Assembly: GCA_033763315.1 (NCBI GenBank)
Contig: JANRKS010000022.1
Coordinates: 1 to 64,000 of the forward strand
Direction: 5' to 3'
DNA from: Deltaproteobacteria bacterium
Lineage (GTDB): Bacteria; Myxococcota_A; Polyangia; Fen-1088
Length of the DNA stretch: 64,000 bases
Part shown: positions 27,939 through 37,733 of the stretch, in pieces
Position numbering within the stretch: position 1 is the stretch's first letter
How the letters are laid out: each line of letters starts with the position of its first letter
Notes under the pieces: model-generated
The model's input: only the letters and a program-made list of their open reading frames with translations
Told to the model about the DNA's origin: nothing
Databases searched by the model: none
Translations under genes and position numbers: made by a program

Positions 27939-29431
27939 GGCTCTTCCTGTTCGGTGCCCTGCCTGTCCAACAACCACAGGACCAACGCAGTGGTCCCGGC
28001 GAGCGCGAGCGCGCCGAAGGCAAACGCTTCAACCTGCTGCGTTTTTTGCAGCCGGCCATTCTGCATATCCACGTCCTGTTGGCTCACCGCCGTTTGTGTC
28101 TGCGATTCGATCTGCGAGGCCGAGACCGCCGACCACGCCCCGATGGCTCCTGCGGTGGCAGCCGAAGCGGCGAGTGTCCACCAGGCCCAAGACGGCGCAA
28201 CAGACGTGTTGCGGACAGCCACCGGTGGCGACGGCATTGAAAAAGCGGTTACGTTCTGTTGATCAAACGGCAGGTCGAACGTGGCCGAGAAAACGCCGTC
28301 GAGACGACCCCGGGCCGCGGTCGCTGAAGGCTCCCAAACCGGTGATCCGCTGGCCGTGGCCTCGCTTGGCTCTGCAGGGATAACGAGTTCACTGCCATCA
28401 TTGACCTTCAACAAAGTCAACGGCCCCCGGGCGTATGTGACATAGGCCTTTGCCCCCGGATGAACATCGGCAAATCGAATGCCACGACCATCTTCAATGG
28501 CGACGTGTTCGCTCACAACCTCATCGAGTTGCAGCTTACGCACCAAGTGCTGATCAAGCGCAGGCCGCAGGTCCAAAAACACAGCGTTCTCACCCTCAAC
28601 GGCACCTCGTGGCGGACGAGCAAAGGCTTCCGGCGCATAACGATTGCGCGCGATCGGTTGATTGGCCCGCGCCACAAAGGCGGCAATCTCTTTATAACTG
28701 ATCAAGCCATCCGCGTTTGCGTCGGCCGCGCCTGTGAGCCCGCTACGCACTTCATGGCTAAACACTCCGGCTGAAAAGCCGCTCCATTCGTGGCTTTCTT
28801 GGGCCGACGCGGTGGACAGCAATAAGCCAACGTTCTTGTTGCCGCGCATGCCGCCCAAGGTTGCAAAGCCATGCAAGGAGCGGCGCTCGCCTTTGCCCCC
28901 ACGCGTGAAAGCTAGAAAGTACGAGTAACAAGCATCTACAACGAGGTGGGTTTCATCGGCCCCAATCGTTTGGATCGAACGCTCAAGGTCCGCCCCGCTC
29001 AATTGGGCGTCCTCCAACCCCAACCGGCCCCGCCCATCCTCCACGTCGCCGTGCCCCGCATACACAAAATAAAAGCGCGTGTGGTCACCGCGGTCACGTG
29101 CCTTGGCGACCAGCGCGGCCAATTGTTCCACGGCGCTTTTCAGATCTGCTTTGCGCGGCGGCTGGGCGGCCTTGAGGACGCCGCTGTGAAGCCGCTGGGT
29201 TGACGCATCGGCGCGCGTGAGCACACGAGATGTGATCCCAAAGCTACCAAACATTTCGGCGTATTTTGCCGCGTCATCATCGGCATAGTGCAAGGTCTGG
29301 CTTGAATCAGGGCTGTGGTTCACGCCCACGATCAACGCAAAAGTCGACGTTGCCGTTTCCGCCCTCGCCGGACCGCCCGCGCAAAGCACCGATAGAAAAA
29401 GCGAAAGAACAAGGCTTGTCATTATTGTCAC
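27935..29431 (-). CDS. Exported caspase-family (peptidase C14) protein with C-terminal TM helices
   Basis: Signal peptide; FALIVGVN, LHYADDDA, YAGHG (His) and DACYS (Cys); C-terminal hydrophobic segments. Confidence 0.9.
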   Translation of the reverse strand: MTIMTSLVLSLFLSVLCAGGPARAETATSTFALIVGVNHSPDSSQTLHYADDDAAKYAEMFGSFGITSRVLTRADASTQRLHSGVLKAAQPPRKADLKSAVEQLAALVAKARDRGDHTRFYFVYAGHGDVEDGRGRLGLEDAQLSGADLERSIQTIGADETHLVVDACYSYFLAFTRGGKGERRSLHGFATLGGMRGNKNVGLLLSTASAQESHEWSGFSAGVFSHEVRSGLTGAADANADGLISYKEIAAFVARANQPIARNRYAPEAFARPPRGAVEGENAVFLDLRPALDQHLVRKLQLDEVVSEHVAIEDGRGIRFADVHPGAKAYVTYARGPLTLLKVNDGSELVIPAEPSEATASGSPVWEPSATAARGRLDGVFSATFDLPFDQQNVTAFSMPSPPVAVRNTSVAPSWAWWTLAASAATAGAIGAWSAVSASQIESQTQTAVSQQDVDMQNGRLQKTQQVEAFAFGALALAGTTALVLWLLDRQGTEQEEP

Positions 29432-30273
29432 GGCGCCACCTCCTGCACACGCACTTCCCTATAAATCTGTGCCCCTTGATGTTTGCGAAGGGGCAACGGC
29501 CCCAAACCAACTTTTGCCGCCAAACGTTCCAGGTCTGCCCGGCTAATGGACTCGTCGGCAAACACACCATAGATGTTTGCGCTGCCGCGGGCCAGAGTAT
29601 GCCGGATGGCTTCCGGCAGCTCGTGCAAAGTGGCGTCGTGTGCTGCCACGCGCACGCCTTGCGTTCCCGACGAGGGAAAATACCAGTGGAGGTTACCGAC
29701 GCTATCGCGCGCGAAAACAAACAAACGCCGGTACTCGGTGGGGTTAACGTATGCAAAGGCGAGTTCATCAGATCCAGATATGTGTTCAGCAACCGGCGCC
29801 ACTTGTTGCCCGTCGTTCAATCTATAGATAATTAGGGTAGGCGTATCTTTGACACCCGCCTGAGAAGCGCCGCGCGCCTGCAAAGTTGCCGGGGTTGTGG
29901 TTAACCGCGTGGCGCCTGCAAATACGGCACACACAGCGGCCATGCCCAATGCAGAGAAGGCGAGAGGTCTAGGTGAGCGAATCCGCTGGCTCCATCTTTG
30001 CCACAAAGTCGTCCCTGGGTTCGTCGTCTTGGGGGGCAACCCTAGCCCCTTCGCAAGACGCTGTTCCGCACCGGGGGCGTTGGGAATCAATCGATTGAGC
30101 AGCAGCTGCCGCCGGTAATACTGCCGGCAAGGCTGACACGTCAGCAAATGCGCTCGCATACTCCGCTCCTCATCGATCAACACCCGCAGGTGAAAATGAG
30201 CCTCGATATGATCGCGCTGGGTGGCGCAACTAGGTTCCGATGGAGCGAATTGTGCGGATGCTTGTTTCGTCAT
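29428..30273 (-). CDS. Zinc-finger (zf-HC2) anti-sigma factor with TM helix and DUF4384-like periplasmic domain
   Basis: HLLTCQPCR (HxxxCxxC); one TM segment; ARG after the TM; LFVFARD...HWYFP. Confidence 0.8.
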   Translation of the reverse strand: MTKQASAQFAPSEPSCATQRDHIEAHFHLRVLIDEERSMRAHLLTCQPCRQYYRRQLLLNRLIPNAPGAEQRLAKGLGLPPKTTNPGTTLWQRWSQRIRSPRPLAFSALGMAAVCAVFAGATRLTTTPATLQARGASQAGVKDTPTLIIYRLNDGQQVAPVAEHISGSDELAFAYVNPTEYRRLFVFARDSVGNLHWYFPSSGTQGVRVAAHDATLHELPEAIRHTLARGSANIYGVFADESISRADLERLAAKVGLGPLPLRKHQGAQIYREVRVQEVAP

Positions 30274-30276
30274 GAT

Positions 30277-30903
30277 CTACCTGCCTTTCAGGACGAATCT
30301 GGTCAATAGACGCCGAATGCGATGTTCCTGGTAAATAAGCGTGGTGCGGTTCATGTTCAGCCGGCGCGAAGCTTCGGACTGATCCAACTGTTCGAGAAAG
30401 CGCAGCTTAAAAACCGCGCGCCACTTGGCCGGAAGAACGTCCCGCTCGAACTGACGTATCAGCGCCGCGGCGTCCACGTCCGCATGTTGACCGTCCTCAA
30501 TCTCAAGCTGGGCATCGCCCTGGGGCCGCTCGGGAACCATGCCGCACGGCAACTCGTAAGCTTGGTGCCGGGCATAATCAATGGCTTGGTTACGAGCCAC
30601 CACACGAAGCCAGGCACCGATGGCTCCGCCGCCAAATGAGCGCCGGAAGTCGACGTCAGATAGCAAGCGTAAGAAGACATCGTGCACGACCGTTTCACGA
30701 TCCACGCTTGGTAGGATCCGCCCGACGGCGAATGTCACGGCGGCGTGATGTTCGTAATAAAGCTGCGTGAGCAACCGCCGGTCTCCCGCGTGAAAGCGCT
30801 CGAGCCACAGGGCATCCCGCGCGTGCACAGAAGGGGGCAAGCCATCCAATGCCACCGAAGATGCGGTCTTCATGCGGACACAGTGTTCATCGCCACGCTC
30901 CAT
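30277..30903 (-). CDS. ECF sigma-70 factor
   Basis: VVHDVFL and WLRVVARNQAIDYAR (region 2); region-4 HTH. Confidence 0.9.
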   Translation of the reverse strand: MERGDEHCVRMKTASSVALDGLPPSVHARDALWLERFHAGDRRLLTQLYYEHHAAVTFAVGRILPSVDRETVVHDVFLRLLSDVDFRRSFGGGAIGAWLRVVARNQAIDYARHQAYELPCGMVPERPQGDAQLEIEDGQHADVDAAALIRQFERDVLPAKWRAVFKLRFLEQLDQSEASRRLNMNRTTLIYQEHRIRRLLTRFVLKGR

Positions 30904-31057
30904 GACAACGCTTTAACGACTGAGCGATTGCCGTATGTCAAAAATATTTTCTTCACAAAGCGCGAACGACGATTTTTCTTCGGAAAGGCGATTTTTCTGT
31001 CAACGGCCCCCGGGCCGACCGTTCGGTCAAGCAGACGCCATTACAAGGAGGCCGTTC

Positions 31058-33607
31058 ATGTTTGCCAGATCCAAAGCATCTCCGTTTGTGCTCCGCTTTG
31101 CCGCCCTCGCCGCGGCTTTGGGCGGATGCCATAGCCCCGCCCTCGAAACCCCAGCGCCCGAGCCCCCCGAACCAACCGAGAAATCAAGCGCCCTGCTCGT
31201 CACCGGCGTAGACGTTGACCCCGCCGCCTCGCTGATGATCAACGACGTGCCGGTCTTGCAAAGATTTCCCCTCAGCCGCGTGCTTGAGCAGATCGTCTCG
31301 CAGTCTGCCGTGCCCGGGTTCACGGGTCAGGATCTCTTTAACCAACTGTGGGACACCGAAAATCCATCGCCAGGGTTATCGGCGGCGCGGCCTCACTGCA
31401 ACACGGTGAGCTCACCGTTTCCGTTCTCTTGCCCTCGCTTTGAAGGTCTACAGGCCACCGAGCCTGGCAGCCTCACCAAATACGTCACGACCTCGCTCGT
31501 CAACCGCGTTGACTTGATGCCCCCAGATGGCTCCCATTGCGGAGAGTTTCGAATCACGGCCGCCCGCCAACCTAGCCAACAGTTCGGGGGGCGATCGTTG
31601 ATCATCTTCGAAGCCGTGTTGCCTAACCCGCGTGGAGATCTCGGACGCGAAGGTTGCCGACCCGTGCAAGCCTTTTGGCGGGACCTTTCTTCGATAACAG
31701 ACCTCAACTTGCGTGCGGCCCGGCTTGAAGAGTTCTTTTTCACCGGTCTGCCTGGATTCCGGCCGGCCATTCATTTGAACAATTTTGGCGATGCCCCCGC
31801 GTCAGGCGGCCGCATTCGCACCAACCAGTTTTTGCAAAGTCCCTGGCTGTTACGTGAGTTCAAGCTGGTGTCCACGTGTAACGCCACAGACTGCAGCCTG
31901 TTTGCCCAACCAGTGACGGTGAAAAACTCACCGCACCCGTCATTGTTCGGCAACGGCGCCCCCGCGGCTGAGACTGCGGCCTTTCAAGACTTCTTTGTCT
32001 CGCAAGTTGAAAACCTTGCCAACCCCAACATCATCGACATCTTTTGGGAAAATAGGGAGCGCTTCAATCCGCTTGAGAGCTCGGCGCAACCGAATCAAGA
32101 TCAAAGCGCGCTCGACCAGTTTCAAAATGCCCACCCCGTGGGATCGCCGTTCCGAAATCGTTTGCAACAAGAGCTCACGCGCATCGGCAGCCCCTTGCCC
32201 CCAGAGGCGATCGTCAATCGCGCCATTTCGCAAACGTGCGCTGGATGCCACGCCCTGAGCAACAACGCCGCGATCGGCAGCAACACTTCGCCGCTAGCAT
32301 TCCCCACGAGCGCCGATGGCTTTACGCATGTGACCGAAAACATCGTGGGTGGCCCCGTGCCGCGCTTCGCGATTTCCCCGGCACTGCGGGATGTGTTTTT
32401 GCCGGCTCGGCTCGGGAAGCTCAACGCGTTTCTCTCGTTTGCCCCGGCACCGGTGCTGGCCAAGCAAACGCTTCAGCCCGTTGTCGTGGATGGTCACTTG
32501 AATGAGGCCGCATGGGAGCTTCTGCAGCCGGTGACGAAAAACACGGTGGGGGCATCGGGCAACCAGGTGAGCTACGCGGTCACCTGGAATCCGAATTTTC
32601 TCTTCGTGGGCATTCGGGTCCAGGATGACCGTCTTAGCAACGATTCCGCCGATCCGTGGCAAGACGATTCTGCGGAGGTTTATCTTGATGCCGACAACAA
32701 CCGCAGCACCAGCTATGACTCCTTTGATCGACAGTTCGTTAAGGGTTGGAATGATGCGGGCCTCTTCGAGCGCGCCGGGCGCACAAGTGGTGTGTTGTCC
32801 GCGACGGCAGCCATCGTGGGTGGATACAGTGTTGAGTTCGCCATTCCCTGGTCGGCCCTGGGCGTATCGGCCACGGCGGGCCGCACCTTTGGCTTTGACA
32901 TCGCTGTCAACGATGATGACGATGGCATCGATCGCGAAGGGCAAATGATGTGGAACGGTGATAACAACAACTGGGCCAGCACGGTGCGATTCGGCAGTGT
33001 CACTTTAAGCGCGGTCACGGCACCCACGAACGCCAACGTTGCGAAGGTTTCAACGCCACCTGTGATCGACGGCCGACTGAGCGAATCGGCTTGGGCGTTG
33101 CCCTCGGTGGCGACCAAGGTTGATAAACCCGTATTAGGCAGCATCGCGGGCAACCGCGTGACGTGGAACGCTTTGTGGGACAGCACAGGCCTCTACGTCG
33201 GGGCGCGCGTTCTGGACGACACGTTGTTCGTCGATTCGGCGGATCCCTGGCAGGACGACTCGATCGAGTTGTACTTCGATGGCGATCGCAACCGCAGCAC
33301 CACCTACGACGCGTTTGATCGACAGTATGTGATCCGCCTTGATGCCACGTCGCTGTTTGAGCGATTTGGACGCACAAGCAACGTTGCATTCGCAACTTCA
33401 CGCATCCCAGGAGGCTACACCGTGGAGGTCAAAGTGCCTTGGAGCGAGCTTGGCAGCATCCCGTTTGGAAATCGTCTCGTCGGATTTGACGTGGCATTCA
33501 ATGACGACGACAACGGCGGCAACCGCGAAGGCCAGGCCGTTTGGAACGGCACCGCCGACAACTGGACGAACACTTCCAACTTCGGCACGTTGATCCTGCG
33601 CGAGTAG
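31058..33607 (+). CDS. Lipoprotein with an unknown CxxCH-containing domain plus two CBM9-like domains
   Basis: AAGGAGG RBS; LGGC lipobox; CAGCH at about 32237; two repeats of DG.L.E.AW...DPWQDDS.E...GY.VE..PW...GFD.A.NDDD. Confidence 0.85.
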   Translation: MFARSKASPFVLRFAALAAALGGCHSPALETPAPEPPEPTEKSSALLVTGVDVDPAASLMINDVPVLQRFPLSRVLEQIVSQSAVPGFTGQDLFNQLWDTENPSPGLSAARPHCNTVSSPFPFSCPRFEGLQATEPGSLTKYVTTSLVNRVDLMPPDGSHCGEFRITAARQPSQQFGGRSLIIFEAVLPNPRGDLGREGCRPVQAFWRDLSSITDLNLRAARLEEFFFTGLPGFRPAIHLNNFGDAPASGGRIRTNQFLQSPWLLREFKLVSTCNATDCSLFAQPVTVKNSPHPSLFGNGAPAAETAAFQDFFVSQVENLANPNIIDIFWENRERFNPLESSAQPNQDQSALDQFQNAHPVGSPFRNRLQQELTRIGSPLPPEAIVNRAISQTCAGCHALSNNAAIGSNTSPLAFPTSADGFTHVTENIVGGPVPRFAISPALRDVFLPARLGKLNAFLSFAPAPVLAKQTLQPVVVDGHLNEAAWELLQPVTKNTVGASGNQVSYAVTWNPNFLFVGIRVQDDRLSNDSADPWQDDSAEVYLDADNNRSTSYDSFDRQFVKGWNDAGLFERAGRTSGVLSATAAIVGGYSVEFAIPWSALGVSATAGRTFGFDIAVNDDDDGIDREGQMMWNGDNNNWASTVRFGSVTLSAVTAPTNANVAKVSTPPVIDGRLSESAWALPSVATKVDKPVLGSIAGNRVTWNALWDSTGLYVGARVLDDTLFVDSADPWQDDSIELYFDGDRNRSTTYDAFDRQYVIRLDATSLFERFGRTSNVAFATSRIPGGYTVEVKVPWSELGSIPFGNRLVGFDVAFNDDDNGGNREGQAVWNGTADNWTNTSNFGTLILRE

Positions 33608-33696
33608 AGACACGATAAACAAGGCGTTCGCGTGTCTTGGACCACGCGGACGCCTATTGGTGCCCCCGAACGAGGCGCCGTGACCATCGGCCACGG

Positions 33697-36600
33697 CTAT
33701 CGGGCCACGCAAGACGCAGGCTGGGGTGCCGTTATGAGCTGGCTTGTGGGCGCATCGTCAAGCACCACGTTCCGAAAAGAAACCTTCGCGGGGATGCCAC
33801 CGTGCAATTGCAAGGCAATCAGGCCTCGCGCTTCGCCCCGCGGGTCGTCAATGCAAGATGCAACATGACCATTGATCGCTGTGATGATGCGGCTGCCAAT
33901 GGCGAGGATCTCGTAACTGTTGTAATCGTTTGGCTTCACGATGCCCTTGCTTAGCGTTTCCTGCGTAAGCCACTGCCGACCTCGCTCGTGGTAAAGCCTC
34001 CCCCAGTAAGCGTTTGCGGGCCCTCCGATGTCGGCTTGATAGCCGCGCACACCTTCGTGCCCATCCTCGTAACGAATTCGCGCCGAACGAAATTGGATGC
34101 CACTGTTGTTCCCCGCCGACTCAAGTAGGACTTCGGCCTGCAGACGAAAATCGCTGACGGGAATCGAATAGATCAAGAACTCATTGTGTGGCAAATCCCC
34201 CGCCACCCTGCCTACGATTGCCGCTGAATCCGTTCCGGGGCGTTCAACGCGCCACAAATCAGGCCTTCCCACCCACCCGTGCAACGTGCGACCGTCAAAG
34301 ATATTCTGCTTGGTGCTCAAGGCGCTCGCGTGACCACGTGATTGCAGGTATGCGATGAGATCCTGCATCTCGGCTGCGGTCATGAGATCGCCTAAGCCCT
34401 CGGGCATGAACGAGTTGGATGGGGTGTCAACCCGGGCAATCGTACGCAAGGCACGTATCTCGCCCGTTTGCAGTTCCAACGTCGCCACATCTCCCGCCGC
34501 GTTCCAATGCAACTGGGTGCCTTCGAGAACTGTGCCGTCCTTGAGGGTGACCACATACACCTGAAACTCCGGTGATAACTCCGCGGAAGGTTGCAGGATC
34601 GATTGCGTGATACGCGTACGATCCGTGGAGAGTCCAATTTGGTCGAGGGGAGGCCCCAACCGCCCACCTTGCCCGTCGATCGAATGGCAGCGCGTACAGC
34701 CAACACCTGGATGGCGAAAGACGAACTGACCAAGGAGCGGATCACCGCCCGCCTCAAGCGACTTGTTATAGGCCTGCACGTCCTTGGAGCGGCTCTCAAG
34801 GGTCGCCGCGGGTGACAAAGCAAAGGCCAAAGCGGCGGCGAGGCGAGGATCCGCTGGCTCCGCTTGACGTTGTTCAAAAGCTGCGCGCACGGCTGGATTT
34901 GCGACAAAGACGCGCAAAGAGCGCGCAACCAAGATTGCAACGTCAGCTTCCGGGTCACGCAGCAGAGGCAGCAGTTCCTTGACGTTGTTGGGGTGAACGG
35001 CCACCTGTGCAATGGCTGTGAGCCGCAACGGAACCGCAGCGTTGGGGTCCTTCGCCATGCCAATCAACCGATTGGACGCAACCGTTGTTTGTGGCAAAGC
35101 GCGCAGAGCCGGCAACCGCATCCGCGGAGACGGTCCGTGCACAAGGCCGATGAGCCAGTCCACCTGATCGGGCGACGCTTTGGTCAATTGCAGCAACGCC
35201 AAGGCACGGACTTCTTCGGGCAAACTTTCATCCTTGACCAACGCTTGCACAAGGCCAGGCGGTGCTTGTGCGGCATTGTCGGGCCACGCCCCGGACCACA
35301 CGCGAGGCGGCGGCTCAGCGTAAAGCTGTTCGGTGGCGAGGTACCCTCTTACGAGACTCGGGCTGACCACAGCTTGGGCGATCGCTTTGCGAAGCGAACT
35401 GCGGTCCTTTCGCTCAAGCGTTTCGCCCACCCAACGCAGGGCCACTTGCCGAACATCCACATCCTCATCGGCGAGCCACGCCGTGGAATCAAACACTGCG
35501 GTTTCGCCGGACAAGCGGCGCCAACGCAAGGCCAGCAGGGCCGCCAGACGTTCGCATGGCTTTGGCGAGGCTGCAAGTGAAGTGATTGAGTCTGGGCGGG
35601 TGGCCAATCGGAACACAAAGGCCGCGCGCACGAAATCGTCGTTCCCGCATGCGAACCTGCGCCAACGAAGAGGTGCGTCGCTGCTTGTGAGCAGACGTTG
35701 CATTTGGATCTCAAGTGGCGCAAGGCGTGGCACTGGCGTCAGGGCCAGGCCAGGAGCGCGCCGCCGCAGCCTCCAAAGGCGACCATCACCGTGATTCGGA
35801 TACTCCTGATGCACCCAATCTGAAATGAAGACATCACCGCTTGTGGCGCTTGCGAGGCCCACGGGCCGAAAACTCGCGTCGCCTTCGATCAAGTTGTCAC
35901 GCTTGCCACGAAACGTCGCGCCTGCGTTGGACAATGAAAAGCGTTCGATCCGGTTGTCGGCCCACGACGCCACCCACATCTCACGTTCACCTTTTGTGAG
36001 CAAGCCCCCAGGAGATTCGCCCGTGCCGCCGACGTAGCCGAGCGTTCCCGGAAGCTCACCATTCCACGCCACATGCGGATGAAGGCCACTGTTGCCGTAG
36101 CGTGCAGCAAAACCATAATCGCCCCCTGCGATGATGTGTAAGAGTCGGTTAGGCCCGCGGGAATTTGGATCGTTGTCGGTGGCCCACAGCCGACCTCGGC
36201 GATCGACGTGAAGGCCGAACGGATTCCAAAAACCGGTGGCCACCAAGGTTAAACCGCCTCCATCCAAACGAACACGAACAATGTCGCCTCCGGTGCCCAT
36301 ACCGGCAAGGCGTCGGCCATCGCTCCCAACGTAGGTATACGGGGCACCGCCAATGTTCCCACGCGAAACGTAAAGCCAACCGTCGCGCGAAACGGCCACG
36401 CCGAGGAGGCCCGAATGTGGATAACGATTGGGAGATTCCAATCGTAAAAGCGTGACTTGGGTCTCCGCGCGATCATCATGGTCTTTGTCAAACAGCGCCA
36501 CAACCGCGTCTCGGGTCACCACAATGAGGTGACCGGGTTTCACGAAAGCCAAGTTCATGGCGTCGCGGAACGGACCGTCAGCGAACACGGAGATGAGCTC

Positions 36601-36876
36601 CCCTCGCCCGTCGTTGTTAACGTCGGAAAAGATCTTGACCCGATCGTGCGGTGGCCCGGCGTAGCCCGCCGGAGGCATGTGCGTGTGAGACTCGATCACA
36701 AACAAGCGATCGCGCTCATCGGTGGCCACGCCGGTAGGGGTGACGATATCGGGAGCCTGTGCGAACAGCGACAGCTCATAGGCAGGATCCGAAACCTTGG
36801 GGGCCGCCGCGTGTGCCGTGCAGGTGTGCCAAGCGCCAAGGCCTGCCACGAGCAGCGCCAGGGAAAGGTTTTTCAA
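33697..36876 (-). CDS. PVC-type heme-binding protein: beta-propeller dehydrogenase-like domain, HEAT repeats, cytochrome c and DUF1080 (3-ketoglycoside hydrolase-like)
   Basis: LFAQAPDIVTP, GFWNPFG, DND, FRPV, SDW; CTRCH...GPPL...SFMPEGL; FDGRTLHGW, NNSGIQFRS, GYQAD, IALQLH. Confidence 0.9.
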   Translation of the reverse strand: MKNLSLALLVAGLGAWHTCTAHAAAPKVSDPAYELSLFAQAPDIVTPTGVATDERDRLFVIESHTHMPPAGYAGPPHDRVKIFSDVNNDGRGELISVFADGPFRDAMNLAFVKPGHLIVVTRDAVVALFDKDHDDRAETQVTLLRLESPNRYPHSGLLGVAVSRDGWLYVSRGNIGGAPYTYVGSDGRRLAGMGTGGDIVRVRLDGGGLTLVATGFWNPFGLHVDRRGRLWATDNDPNSRGPNRLLHIIAGGDYGFAARYGNSGLHPHVAWNGELPGTLGYVGGTGESPGGLLTKGEREMWVASWADNRIERFSLSNAGATFRGKRDNLIEGDASFRPVGLASATSGDVFISDWVHQEYPNHGDGRLWRLRRRAPGLALTPVPRLAPLEIQMQRLLTSSDAPLRWRRFACGNDDFVRAAFVFRLATRPDSITSLAASPKPCERLAALLALRWRRLSGETAVFDSTAWLADEDVDVRQVALRWVGETLERKDRSSLRKAIAQAVVSPSLVRGYLATEQLYAEPPPRVWSGAWPDNAAQAPPGLVQALVKDESLPEEVRALALLQLTKASPDQVDWLIGLVHGPSPRMRLPALRALPQTTVASNRLIGMAKDPNAAVPLRLTAIAQVAVHPNNVKELLPLLRDPEADVAILVARSLRVFVANPAVRAAFEQRQAEPADPRLAAALAFALSPAATLESRSKDVQAYNKSLEAGGDPLLGQFVFRHPGVGCTRCHSIDGQGGRLGPPLDQIGLSTDRTRITQSILQPSAELSPEFQVYVVTLKDGTVLEGTQLHWNAAGDVATLELQTGEIRALRTIARVDTPSNSFMPEGLGDLMTAAEMQDLIAYLQSRGHASALSTKQNIFDGRTLHGWVGRPDLWRVERPGTDSAAIVGRVAGDLPHNEFLIYSIPVSDFRLQAEVLLESAGNNSGIQFRSARIRYEDGHEGVRGYQADIGGPANAYWGRLYHERGRQWLTQETLSKGIVKPNDYNSYEILAIGSRIITAINGHVASCIDDPRGEARGLIALQLHGGIPAKVSFRNVVLDDAPTSQLITAPQPASCVAR

Positions 36877-37733
36877 AGATAACTCCGTGCGATGTGAATG
36901 CCTTCGGCAAGCTCAGCCAGGGGCACGTCGCCCGCGGCTCGCGCATATTCGATCACCCAAAAGCCTTGGTATCCAGCGTCTCGAAGCCCTTGCAGCATTG
37001 CCTGTAGCGGCACCAAACCCTTTCCGTATGGGGTCACGTGGTGTCGCCCAGGCCCGTCGCAATCTTTCACATCCACGTGAAAGATCTTGCGACCGAAGCG
37101 TTGAATCAACGGCACGGGGTCAACCCCGCTGGCCACGAAATGCGCCATATCGAGACACATGCCAAGCGAGGAATGTGGTAGCGCCGAGAAAAACGCTTCG
37201 AAGTCTTCAGGGAACTCGATGTTGTTCTCAAAATGATTCTCAAGCGCGATTCGAACGTGTGCGGCTTGCGCCGCTGGCAGCACTTGCGCCAAGACGTTCA
37301 TGATTCCTGCGGTGCCGCCACGGGTGCCGCGCGCCTCCCCCGTGGCCTTGATAAGAGAACATCCCCATGCTTTGCAAATTTCGATCAGCCACAACCAACG
37401 ACTTACTTCTCGGGCAATTTCTGGTTCATCGGCCCCCACGAAGGCATTGACCTGCAAACTGATGGGCCGCAGCTTTTGGCGATCGCAAATCGCCTTAATT
37501 CGTTTAACAGAATGGGGCGTGAGCTGATCTGCGTGCCACAAATTGAATTCGATATTGTTCATACCCAAAAGCGGCGCCGCCTTAAATGTCTTAGCGAAGT
37601 TCGTGGGACCAAAGCCTTCGATGCAAATCGTGGCCAGTGCGAGTTCAGGATGGCCACGTCGACGCGCAGAAGGCGCGCCGATCTCGCTCGCAGCTCCCGC
37701 CACCGCGAGAAACTCCCGCCGCGATGTCATCAT
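36873..37733 (-). CDS. Tat-exported sugar-phosphate isomerase/epimerase-like TIM barrel (AP_endonuc_2)
   Basis: SRREFL Tat motif; ALENH, CLDMAHF, HVDVKD, GYQGFWVIEY. Confidence 0.88.
   Translation of the reverse strand: MMTSRREFLAVAGAASEIGAPSARRRGHPELALATICIEGFGPTNFAKTFKAAPLLGMNNIEFNLWHADQLTPHSVKRIKAICDRQKLRPISLQVNAFVGADEPEIAREVSRWLWLIEICKAWGCSLIKATGEARGTRGGTAGIMNVLAQVLPAAQAAHVRIALENHFENNIEFPEDFEAFFSALPHSSLGMCLDMAHFVASGVDPVPLIQRFGRKIFHVDVKDCDGPGRHHVTPYGKGLVPLQAMLQGLRDAGYQGFWVIEYARAAGDVPLAELAEGIHIARSYL

Noticed and set aside
32470-33600. Long DNA direct repeat as a mobile-element trace
   Set aside because: Explained by tandem CBM9 domains in one ORF
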